Position numbers and translations under genes: made by a program. A stretch of 64,000 bases of DNA from an uncultured Pseudomonadota bacterium (GTDB lineage Bacteria; Oederibacteriota; Muellerivitia; Muellerivitales; Muellerivitaceae): contig CAVYRH010000005.1 of NCBI GenBank assembly GCA_963770835.1, positions 64,001-128,000 of the forward strand, read 5' to 3'. Of this stretch, positions 39,439-48,636 are shown one piece after another. The notes under the pieces were generated by a model. That model was not told the DNA's origin, searched no databases, and was given only the letters and a program-made list of their open reading frames with translations. Numbering within the stretch: the stretch's first letter is position 1; each line of letters starts with the position of its first letter.

Positions 39439-40713
39439 ATGAAAATATTGATGGTGAACAATCATTATTTCAATTACCGCGGCGCGGACCGGTATTTTTT
39501 CAATATTAAAAGCGGGTTGGAAAAAGCGGGCCATACGGTAGTCCCTTTTTCGTTCCGCTACGACGCCACTCAGGAAACGCCTTACCTCCCCTATTTTCCC
39601 GATCCCATTACCGGCCCGGGGCCTTTTTTGTTAAAAGATATGAAACTGTCCACCGCCACCAAGATCAAAACAGCGGTTAATATGTTCTTTAACCCTGAAG
39701 TGAGCAGAAAGCTCCGCAACGCGATACGGGACACGAAACCCGACCTGGTCTATACGATTTACTTGTCCTTCACCTTTCTTCCCCAAATCCTGCGGATCGC
39801 CAAGAAGGAGTTCGACCTCCCGGTTTTGTACCGCCTCTCCGACTACCATATGTTCTGCGCCAGTTACCTGTTTTTCCGGGACAACCAATCATGCACCGAA
39901 TGCCTCACCAGGCCCTGGGCAGCGGTTCAGTACAAATGCGTGCATGGGTCGCGCATTGGATCTCTCTTGAGAGCCCTTCAAATCCGCGTCAACCGCTGGC
40001 GGAAGGATTACGGGTATGCGGACTATTTCATCTGCCCCTCGAAGTACATGCGGGAAACACTTATTCAGCACGGACCCTTTCCCGAATCCAAGGTCAAGCA
40101 TCTGCCGACCTTTACCGAAGATCTTTTCCGGGAAGGGAAAACCACCCCGTCCGGCAAGCCTTACGCGCTTTATTTTGGCGCCATTGTTCCAGCCAAGGGA
40201 ATGGACGTACTGGTCAAGGCCTTCAACCGGATTTCCAATCCAGCCTTCGGCTTGAAGCTGGTGGGCGACGTGGAACCGGGTTATCGGGACCACCTGTTCG
40301 CCCTGCTTGACGGGGCCCATCGCCCCCTGGTTTCCATGGACGGCGAACTCAAAGGGGAAGCGCTTTGGGAGACCTTAAGGGGTTGCCACTGCGTGGTCCA
40401 CCCTGTGCTTTGGTTTGAGAACATGCCGAATTCCATCTTGGAGGCAATGTCCGCTGGAAAACCCATTATCGCCTCAGCCATTGGCAGCATGATGGAACTG
40501 GTGGAGGACGGGGTGAACGGCAATTTAGTGCCACCCGGAGACGAAGGGGCCCTGGCAAAGGCTCTTGAAAAACTTTCGGACCCCTATTGGGTTTCCGTAA
40601 TGTCACACGGGGCACGGGAAAGATACCTCCGAGACCATACGCCCGAGAAGCATCTGGCGACCTTGACCAGCCTGATGGAAGGCCTTGTTGAAAAAAAGTC
40701 CGCCAACGCTTAA
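39439..40713 (+). CDS. Glycosyltransferase family 4
   Basis: MKILMVN, GADRY, SDYHMFC, KGMDVL..AF, WFENMPNSILEAM..GKPIIAS.IG. Confidence 0.9.
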   Translation: MKILMVNNHYFNYRGADRYFFNIKSGLEKAGHTVVPFSFRYDATQETPYLPYFPDPITGPGPFLLKDMKLSTATKIKTAVNMFFNPEVSRKLRNAIRDTKPDLVYTIYLSFTFLPQILRIAKKEFDLPVLYRLSDYHMFCASYLFFRDNQSCTECLTRPWAAVQYKCVHGSRIGSLLRALQIRVNRWRKDYGYADYFICPSKYMRETLIQHGPFPESKVKHLPTFTEDLFREGKTTPSGKPYALYFGAIVPAKGMDVLVKAFNRISNPAFGLKLVGDVEPGYRDHLFALLDGAHRPLVSMDGELKGEALWETLRGCHCVVHPVLWFENMPNSILEAMSAGKPIIASAIGSMMELVEDGVNGNLVPPGDEGALAKALEKLSDPYWVSVMSHGARERYLRDHTPEKHLATLTSLMEGLVEKKSANA

Positions 40714-40755
40714 AAGCGGCGGATTTGAAAATAATTTTGATGGGGAGCCACTGAA

Positions 40756-41733
40756 ATGCGAATCTTCGTGACCGGGGCGGCAGGCTTCATCGGGTTTCAC
40801 CTATGCCTGCGCCTTTTGAAAGAAGGCCATGAGGTTCTGGGCGCGGACAACCTGAACGCCTATTATGATGTACGGCTCAAACAGGAACGCTTGCGGCAGT
40901 TGCAAAAAAATGCTTCGTTCAAGTTCTTCCAACAGGATTTAAGCGAGAGGCCCGCGGCCCAAAACCTGATCCAGGACCAAAAACCTGAAATCATCGTGCA
41001 TTTGGCCGCCCAAGCCGGTGTGCGCTACTCCATCGAGAACCCCCAGGCTTATGTGGACAGCAACCTGATCGGTTTCGCCAACATCCTGGAGGCCGCCCGG
41101 ACCCTGAAAGTTCGCCACCTGGTCTATGCCTCCTCCAGTTCGGTTTACGGCGCCAACAACCAAGTCCCCTTTTCCGTCGAGGACCGGGCGGACCACCCCT
41201 TGAGCTTCTACGCGGCCACTAAGCGCGCTAACGAACTGATGGCCTATTCCTACAGCCACCTTTTCGGAATCCCCGTGACGGGCCTGCGCTTCTTCACGGT
41301 TTACGGTCCCTGGGGCCGGCCTGACATGTCCTACTTCCTTTTCGCCAAAGCCATCCGGGCTGGGAAAGAGATCAAGGTGTTCAACCATGGAGATATGCGG
41401 CGGGATTTTACTTACGTGGACGACATCATCGAGGGTGTTGTCAGGATCACGAACTTGCCGCCGACGGGTGAAAAACCGCCTTACCAGCTGTTCAACATCG
41501 GGAACAACAACCCCGTCCCCTTGATGGAATTTATCCATCACTTAGAGGACCTTTTGGGCCAAAAGGCTCGCATGCAACTTCTCCCACTCCAACCGGGGGA
41601 TATGCTGGAAACTGCCGCGGATATCGACACCCTAGTTTTGAAGACGGGCTATGCCCCCCAAACCCATATCCGGGATGGGCTCAAACGCTTCGTGGATTGG
41701 TATTTGGAATGGGAAAACAAAGGAATTTTCTGA
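40756..41733 (+). CDS. NAD-dependent epimerase (UDP-glucuronate 4-epimerase-like)
   Basis: TGAAGFIG, HLAAQAGVRYS, YASSSSVYG, YAATK, RFFTVYGPWGRPDM. Confidence 0.95.
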   Translation: MRIFVTGAAGFIGFHLCLRLLKEGHEVLGADNLNAYYDVRLKQERLRQLQKNASFKFFQQDLSERPAAQNLIQDQKPEIIVHLAAQAGVRYSIENPQAYVDSNLIGFANILEAARTLKVRHLVYASSSSVYGANNQVPFSVEDRADHPLSFYAATKRANELMAYSYSHLFGIPVTGLRFFTVYGPWGRPDMSYFLFAKAIRAGKEIKVFNHGDMRRDFTYVDDIIEGVVRITNLPPTGEKPPYQLFNIGNNNPVPLMEFIHHLEDLLGQKARMQLLPLQPGDMLETAADIDTLVLKTGYAPQTHIRDGLKRFVDWYLEWENKGIF

Positions 41734-41893
41734 ACTGTTCTAAAAATCGGCTTCATTTCTTCAATAAGCGGGGAATTTGATAAAATCCGGTCCGATTTTT
41801 AAAATAAAATCGTTTTCTTGATCCGAATTGGAGTGAGAAACTCTCTTTAACGTGCGGATAAGAGCCCTTTTGTTGTCGGTTTATTAACAGTTA

Positions 41894-41929
41894 GTTAACT
41901 CTTTAACTATCATGGTTAACTCTTTAACT
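41894..41929 (+). repeat. Perfect 15-bp direct repeat with 21-bp period, upstream of a candidate promoter
   Basis: GTTAACTCTTTAACT at 41894 and 41915; partial copy CTCTTTAAC at 41843. Confidence 0.8.
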
Positions 41930-42019
41930 TTAGCTTGCAATACACCCCCCCGTTTTACTATCCTGTGCCTTCTTCAAAGCCCATTGCCGCCAAAAAAAAT
42001 ATTTTCCAGGAAGTGCGCT

Positions 42020-45000
42020 GTGTTTAGAAAAAATTATTCGTGGGTCCTCTTCGCTATCTTGATTCCGGTGGCCGTCCTCTTCTCGGGCTGTCCCTCCAAG
42101 AGCGGTCCAACTGCGCCCTCCAACAATAACGGCGGCGGACAAGCAACGAACACACCCACGGCCACTTTTACCCAGGCGAGTTCTATAACTTCCTCTCCTT
42201 CCTCCACGCCTTCAAACTCCCCGAGCGCTACACTTAGCATGACCCCATCTAAAACGGCCACTGCCACACCAACCAATACCTTTGCGGTCACCAGCACCGC
42301 AACCTCAACTGCTACAAACTCGACTACGTCCACGGCAACCAATACGGCTACCACCAGCCCAACGGCCACGGCCAGCGCCACGCCAACTAATACCTTAGTG
42401 GACACCGGCACCCCGACCTCGACAGCTACTAACTCAACCACATCCACGGTAACGAATACGACTACCGCCAGCCCAACAGCCACTGCCAGCGCTTCGCCAA
42501 CCAATACTTTGATAAATACGGGAACACCGACATCGACAGCCACCAACACGGCCACCGCCACGATGACTAACTCGGCTACTTCCACCACCACTTCGACGGT
42601 GACGGCTACGCCCAGCCAAACCACGACTTCAAGCCCAACCGCCACCACAACCTCTACTGCAACCTTGACGCCGACCGACACGGCCACCTTAACACCCACG
42701 TCCACTCCCTTGAGCATCCTCATCCAACAACCGACCGAGCCTTCACCAGCTTCCTACCTGCCCGGAACTTCGGGGGTGACGGCCATCGTGGTGGGCTTAT
42801 CCAACACGGGGAATGCCCCGGCGACCCTTAACTCCCTAGTTTTCTCCGTTCCTGGGACCGGGAACACCCAGGCCACGGTCGGTTTGTATAATTCCAACCT
42901 TATCCTGATCGGGTCAGGCTCCCTGCTCTTGAGTGGCAATTCGGTGACTATTTCCTCGGGTTCCTTCCTAGACGTTCTCGCACCCGGTTCGCCCGTAACC
43001 TACACCCTGATTTTTAACTTCACAGGCTCGGGAACAGGGTCCATCACCGCCAGCCTGGCTGCTTCCGGCGTGTCCCTGACGGCCGCAGATGGTACCAACG
43101 TAAACGGAAGCGCGACGGGTCCCGCCTTAACTATCGCCAACCCCTCACCCACACCCACCAACACGGCGACATCCACGCCCACGTCTACGGCCACTTTGAC
43201 CCCCACTTCCACACCGACCGATACCACCACCCAGACGGCCACTTCGACTGCCAGTTCCACGCCTACGGTCACCCTGAGTCCCACCGCAACCCCTGCCAAC
43301 GTGGTCCTCGTGCCGTACAACGAACCGCCTTCCTCTTCCTACGTTCCGGGAACTTCGGGCGTAACCCTCATGAACATGATCCTGACCAATGCGGGCACCA
43401 ATGTAGCCACTCTTGATTCTATGGCCATTTCTGTCACCGGCACAGGGGACGACTATTCGGACATTTCCAACCTTTCCTTGTTCAAGAATTCCAGCGCAGT
43501 CACCTTCTCGAAACAAACTTTTGCCGGAGAAGGAACCGACGCCGTTACTTTCCAGAATGGATCTTCTTTTGACACGCTCGCAGTCGGGGCCTCGGTGACT
43601 TACACCTTGACTGTCGACTTCTATAGCTCCACTTCCGCGTTCGGAACCTTCGCGGCAAGCGTCACGAATGCCGGGGTTTCGGTTACGAACGGAAGCGGCG
43701 TCGTGGTGACGGGCGGCGTCACCGGGCCGACGATCACTATCGCCTTGGCTACCTCAACCCCGACCAATACGGCTACCAATACCGCGACTTCCACGCCCAC
43801 GAACACCCCTACTTCTACTGCGACCTTGACCCCCACTTACACCCCGACCAGCACGCCTACCAACGAAGTGGTTTCTATCGTCCAGCCGACTGAACCCCCC
43901 AATAGCTCCTACCTTATTGGAAGTACTGGGGTGACCGTCTTATTGGCAAACCTGTCCAATCCCGGGGTTCAAGCCGTGACTTTGGCAGACTTGTCCTTTA
44001 CCCTGACGGAGTCCGGAAACCCCTGGATCAACGTCAACAAGGTCTGGTTGTACCGGAACGGGAACTCCAGCCCCTTGGCGGATGCCAGTTTCAATGTTGG
44101 GGCCAATACCGTCACTTTCTCGGGCGTACCCTTTGACACCCTGGCCGCGGGAGCCGCGGTAAGCTACACCCTAACCTATGACTTCTCTGGATCGGCTTCG
44201 GGTTCCTTTGCCACCAACATCAGCTCCGGCCAGGTCCAGGGCGGGTTGTCTTCGGGCGGCTCGATCAACGTAACCGGAAGCGCCACCGGCCCCACCATCA
44301 CCCTGGGTACCGCTACGCCCACTTCCACTCCCTCTTCCACACCCACTGTTACACCCACGGCCACTTCACCCTTCAACGTGCCTGACCCGAACCTGCGCTT
44401 GGGCATCCTGAAGTCCCTCGGTTCGCCCACGCCTACCTCGGGAACCCCGGCGGATATTCCGCTTTCAGTGCTGCAAGCCGCCGTCTCCATCAACGCGGAC
44501 AACTTGGGCGTCACCAGCATTTACGGGTTGCAGAACTGCAATGAGCTGACGGTACTTTCCATCCAAGGAGACCCAGTCACGGACCTTAGCCCGCTCGCGT
44601 CCCTGGCAACTTATAACAACCTCTTTGCGCTCCACATGGACTATAACGATGTGTTGAGCAACCTCGCTCCCTTGGCGAATATCACGAGTCTTGAATTTCT
44701 CGAGATGCGAGGGGGAACGGCCAGCGACCAGTTTGGAACTCCGGGATTGATCACCAGCATTGCTCCCCTGGCGAACTTGACTAATCTCCAGGAGCTTGAG
44801 TTCTCAAACCAACCCGTGACATCTCTGGCGCCCCTGGCCGGCCTAACCAAACTCACCGCCCTTTATATGATCGGCTGTAATCCGACCAGCGGTTTCACCG
44901 GAGGAATCGGGGTCGTTGCGAACCTGACCAACCTGCAAATCCTTTATGCTTCCAACGACAACATTGCAGATATCTCCGCCCTCACCACCCTCGTCAATTT

Positions 45001-45346
45001 GCAGACGGCCAGCTTCTCAGACAACGCCAACCTGACGACCATTTCGGCTATGGCCAATTGGAAGAGCGCCCAATCAATCGCCCTGGAATATACCGGCCTT
45101 CTTAGCGTGCCGGCCTTGGGTCAAATGGGTGTTTTCAATGGCCCCACAACCGCCCTTTCGCTGGATATCTCCAACAACCCGGTGACTGATATCAGCAATT
45201 TGTCGGTAACCACGGTGCCCGGGTTTAATAACAATGGATCAAACTTGAATGTGACTGGTGATGGAGCCACTGACCTGAACATTACAACCCAGATCAACGC
45301 GATCAAAGCTAAATACACAACTCATTTGACGGTCACCGGGCCCTAA
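42020..45346 (+). CDS. Lipoprotein with Thr-rich stalks, three repeated beta-rich domains and an internalin-like LRR
   Basis: GTG at 42020 with SD AGGAAG; lipobox LFSG-C; cap PDPNLR..I...LG; LRR units such as PLANLTNLQEL.F..N. Confidence 0.8.
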   Translation: MFRKNYSWVLFAILIPVAVLFSGCPSKSGPTAPSNNNGGGQATNTPTATFTQASSITSSPSSTPSNSPSATLSMTPSKTATATPTNTFAVTSTATSTATNSTTSTATNTATTSPTATASATPTNTLVDTGTPTSTATNSTTSTVTNTTTASPTATASASPTNTLINTGTPTSTATNTATATMTNSATSTTTSTVTATPSQTTTSSPTATTTSTATLTPTDTATLTPTSTPLSILIQQPTEPSPASYLPGTSGVTAIVVGLSNTGNAPATLNSLVFSVPGTGNTQATVGLYNSNLILIGSGSLLLSGNSVTISSGSFLDVLAPGSPVTYTLIFNFTGSGTGSITASLAASGVSLTAADGTNVNGSATGPALTIANPSPTPTNTATSTPTSTATLTPTSTPTDTTTQTATSTASSTPTVTLSPTATPANVVLVPYNEPPSSSYVPGTSGVTLMNMILTNAGTNVATLDSMAISVTGTGDDYSDISNLSLFKNSSAVTFSKQTFAGEGTDAVTFQNGSSFDTLAVGASVTYTLTVDFYSSTSAFGTFAASVTNAGVSVTNGSGVVVTGGVTGPTITIALATSTPTNTATNTATSTPTNTPTSTATLTPTYTPTSTPTNEVVSIVQPTEPPNSSYLIGSTGVTVLLANLSNPGVQAVTLADLSFTLTESGNPWINVNKVWLYRNGNSSPLADASFNVGANTVTFSGVPFDTLAAGAAVSYTLTYDFSGSASGSFATNISSGQVQGGLSSGGSINVTGSATGPTITLGTATPTSTPSSTPTVTPTATSPFNVPDPNLRLGILKSLGSPTPTSGTPADIPLSVLQAAVSINADNLGVTSIYGLQNCNELTVLSIQGDPVTDLSPLASLATYNNLFALHMDYNDVLSNLAPLANITSLEFLEMRGGTASDQFGTPGLITSIAPLANLTNLQELEFSNQPVTSLAPLAGLTKLTALYMIGCNPTSGFTGGIGVVANLTNLQILYASNDNIADISALTTLVNLQTASFSDNANLTTISAMANWKSAQSIALEYTGLLSVPALGQMGVFNGPTTALSLDISNNPVTDISNLSVTTVPGFNNNGSNLNVTGDGATDLNITTQINAIKAKYTTHLTVTGP

Positions 45347-45390
45347 CCGGTCCGGGCCGTTTTGCATTGTGAAGGGGATGATGAAGCCTG

Positions 45391-45422
45391 AAAGCCAGCC
45401 CACCCCGGCTGGCTTTTGTTTT
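45391..45422 (+). terminator. Intrinsic terminator
   Basis: AAAGCCAGCC-CACCCC-GGCTGGCTTT followed by TGTTTT. Confidence 0.75.
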
Positions 45423-45573
45423 CTAAGGCCAGAGCAGCCTTTGCAATGGGGGATAAAACGTTTGAGGCCAAAAGCAATATTAGCCCGAGAATATAGAGGG
45501 GCCTGACATCCTGAGGAGGAAGTTCATCAACCAAACGTCGTTCCTTTGGGGAGTTTGGGTTGCTGATTTGAAG

Positions 45574-48500
45574 ATGGTTATGAATCGAGAAAAAATTTAT
45601 CCGATCGCCGGGTTATGCGGCAAAAAAGCCTGCTTCTCCGTGGGTATGTTCCTGCTTATCGGGATGGTCCTTTTAGGCGCCGCGCCGGTTTGGGCACAGG
45701 TCGACACCCCTACGGACACCCCGACCGATACGACTACTGATACCCCCACCGATACTCCGACGGATACGGAAACTTTTACCCTTACCCCTACTGATACCTC
45801 CTCAAATACCACTACCAACACTGCTACGGATACCTGGACTGCGACCAGTACCCCCACTAATTCAGCGACCAATACAACTACCAACACTCCCACTAACACA
45901 ACAACCAATACACCGACCAATACCTGGACGACCACGAATACCCCGACGAACACTACGACGTATACAGCCACCAACACATGGACAGCGACCAGCACCGCGA
46001 CGAATACGTCTACAAATACCAGGACGGCTACAAACACTGCGACCGATACGGCCACAGATACTCCGACTAATACTTGGACAACAACCAATACGGCTACGAA
46101 TACCGCAACGAACACAGAAATTAACACCGCTACGAATACGGCGACGAATACCTGGACCACAACGAACACGGCCACCAACACTGCTACCAGTACACCCACC
46201 AATACCTGGACGGCCACGAACACCCCGACCAACACGGCTACGAATACGGCTACCAACACTTGGACAGCGACCGGCACCGCGACGAATACTGCGACGAACA
46301 CGTCTACAAATACCAGGACGGCTACAAACACTGCCACTAATACGGCCACGGATACCCCGACTAATACTTGGACAACAACCAATACGGCTACGAATACCGC
46401 AACGAACACAGAAACTAACACCGCAACGAATACGGCGACGAATACCTGGACCACAACGAACACGGCCACCAACACTGCTACCAGTACACCTACCAATACC
46501 TGGACAGCCACGAATACCCCGACCAACACGGCTACGAATACGGCTACCAATACTTGGACAGCGACCAGCACCCCGACGAATACAGCAACGAATACGTCTA
46601 CAAATACCCGGACGGATACAAATACTGCGACTAATACAGCCACGGATACCCCGACTAATACTTGGACGGCGACCAATACGGCTACGAATACCGCAACGAA
46701 TACGGCAACCAATACCTCGACGTCGACCAATACCCCGACGAATACAGCCACCGCCACTCCCACCAATACCCTTATCTTCACGGCCACGCCTACCGCTACC
46801 CCGACGGACAGTGCCACGGCTACTCCAACGGGTACTTTCACGAACAGTGCCACCTCCACACCCAGCTATACTTCCACGGACACGGCTACTAACAGTCCTA
46901 CCCCCTCACCCACCCTGACGGCCACCGATATCGGCACCAGCACCGCCACGGCTACGGCCACCAAAACGGCAACGAATACCCATACCAACACTTGGACAGC
47001 TACCAGTACTTCCTCCTCCACTGCGACCAATACCCCTACCAACACCGCCACGGATACTCCCACCAACACCGACACGGATACAGCTACCGGAACCCCCACC
47101 AATACCCTGGTCTTTACGGCCACACCGTCCGACACGCCCACCAACACCGGTACACAAACGCCCACAAGTACGCAGACCAATACGGCCACGAATACCCATA
47201 CAAATACCTGGACGGCCACTAGCACTCCCACCCTCACCGCGACCGACTCCCCATCTAAGACCGCCACGGCGACCGCAACCGATACGGGGACCGATACGGC
47301 TACCAACACCCCGACTAACACCCTCATCTTCACGGCTACATTAACTGACACACCTACCACCACCAATACGGCCACTCCCACAAATACCCCGACTGATACA
47401 GCCACGAATACGGCCACCGGCACTCCCTCCTCCACTGAGACCTATACCCCATCTAACACCACCACCAATACCGGGACTAATACGGCCACCAATACAACAA
47501 CCAATACCTTTGTCTTTACAGCCACCCCCACCAACTCGGCCACGAATACCCCGACGGCCACGGCTACTGGAACAACAACGAATACCGCCACCAGTACGGC
47601 CACTGTTACACCAACCCGGACGGCTACTAGTACGGCCACGTCCACGACCACCAAAACGACCACGAACACCCCCACGGCTACGGGCACCAATACCCCCACT
47701 AACTCCGCCTCTTCCACCCCCACATCCACCACCACCATTACTCCCACCCCCACGGCCACCTTCACTCCCACAACGACAGCCACCTCCACCCCCACCAACA
47801 GCGCGACCCAGACGGCCACTTCCACAATCACCAACACGCCTACCCTAACCCCCTCTTCCACCCCTAGTGCCACATCCACGGACACTCCCAGTGGTTCTGG
47901 AAGCTTTACTTACAACAATGGGTCGTCAAATTCTTTCGTGCCCCTTGGGTTGAATAACATCATCATTGCCTTGCCCGCCAACGCTTTTAGCGTTGGCTCT
48001 GTTCAATTCAACGTCAACGAATACGGCTCTGGGACAGCTCCCGCCATCGTTACCGGATCGGGAATTGAATTTTTACTCAACTCAAACTCCTATTCGATAA
48101 GTATTTTGGGAGGTGCCCAACCAATCGCCCCTGTGACATTGACCTTCCCCTATAACTCGGGTCAAATTCCCAGTGGTTTCGGGCAGGGGGACTTAACAGT
48201 CCTTACCAATAGCACCAACAGCAGCTCGGGCTGGAGCGCGACCAACGTCATTGGAATCACAAACAACTCCATCACGGTAGTCACCTCCCATTTCTCCTGG
48301 TGGGCGGTGGGCGTCCTGCTCCATGCCACCCTCACTCCGACTCCGGCCGTGGCTCCGGGAGCGGCTTACCTGAGCGCCAACGTCTTCCATGACCTCAGCG
48401 ACGCCCCCTTGACGGTCCAATACAACGATGCTGGAGGAGACCCCCTGGCCATCACTATCCATACCGCTACTGGCGCGCTAGTGCGGAATTTAACGGTGAC

Positions 48501-48636
48501 GTCCGGGGCTTCCAGCGCCACATGGGACGGCAAGGACGACGGGGGATCGTCGGCCTCCACCGGCCTTTACCTGGTGGCGGTGCGGCAGGCGAACGGCACA
48601 ACGATCCTCCGGAAAGTGGTGGTGCTCAAGCAATGA
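45574..48636 (+). CDS. Secreted Thr-x-Thr repeat protein with a ZU5/GPS-like HFS domain and a FlgD-Ig/T9SS-like CTD
   Basis: Signal peptide ending PVWA; roughly 730 aa of T-x repeats; LPANAF...PVTLTFPY...W...TSHFSWW; CTD SANVF...IHT.TG.LVR...WDGKD..G....TGLYLV......RKVVVLK; start could be 45580. Confidence 0.75.
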   Translation: MVMNREKIYPIAGLCGKKACFSVGMFLLIGMVLLGAAPVWAQVDTPTDTPTDTTTDTPTDTPTDTETFTLTPTDTSSNTTTNTATDTWTATSTPTNSATNTTTNTPTNTTTNTPTNTWTTTNTPTNTTTYTATNTWTATSTATNTSTNTRTATNTATDTATDTPTNTWTTTNTATNTATNTEINTATNTATNTWTTTNTATNTATSTPTNTWTATNTPTNTATNTATNTWTATGTATNTATNTSTNTRTATNTATNTATDTPTNTWTTTNTATNTATNTETNTATNTATNTWTTTNTATNTATSTPTNTWTATNTPTNTATNTATNTWTATSTPTNTATNTSTNTRTDTNTATNTATDTPTNTWTATNTATNTATNTATNTSTSTNTPTNTATATPTNTLIFTATPTATPTDSATATPTGTFTNSATSTPSYTSTDTATNSPTPSPTLTATDIGTSTATATATKTATNTHTNTWTATSTSSSTATNTPTNTATDTPTNTDTDTATGTPTNTLVFTATPSDTPTNTGTQTPTSTQTNTATNTHTNTWTATSTPTLTATDSPSKTATATATDTGTDTATNTPTNTLIFTATLTDTPTTTNTATPTNTPTDTATNTATGTPSSTETYTPSNTTTNTGTNTATNTTTNTFVFTATPTNSATNTPTATATGTTTNTATSTATVTPTRTATSTATSTTTKTTTNTPTATGTNTPTNSASSTPTSTTTITPTPTATFTPTTTATSTPTNSATQTATSTITNTPTLTPSSTPSATSTDTPSGSGSFTYNNGSSNSFVPLGLNNIIIALPANAFSVGSVQFNVNEYGSGTAPAIVTGSGIEFLLNSNSYSISILGGAQPIAPVTLTFPYNSGQIPSGFGQGDLTVLTNSTNSSSGWSATNVIGITNNSITVVTSHFSWWAVGVLLHATLTPTPAVAPGAAYLSANVFHDLSDAPLTVQYNDAGGDPLAITIHTATGALVRNLTVTSGASSATWDGKDDGGSSASTGLYLVAVRQANGTTILRKVVVLKQ
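45970..46710 (+). repeat. 294-bp (98-aa) tandem repeat, about 2.5 copies
   Basis: ACGTCTACAAATACC recurs at 46006, 46300 and 46594 with near-identical intervening sequence; boundaries approximate. Confidence 0.85.

Noticed and set aside
45970..46710. Possible CRISPR array or other non-coding repeat
   Set aside because: Repeats are in frame, vary mainly at third codon positions and have no unique spacers; no cas genes in the window
45597..47885. Long Val-rich reverse-strand ORFs (also 12353-12703, 37542-38021, 42034-42723)
   Set aside because: Antisense shadows of ACN (Thr) codon repeats; no independent coding signal
48522..48632. N-terminal 37 aa of the 658-aa ORF
   Set aside because: Overlaps the upstream CDS; the ATG at 48633 gives a signal peptide and a typical ATGA coupling
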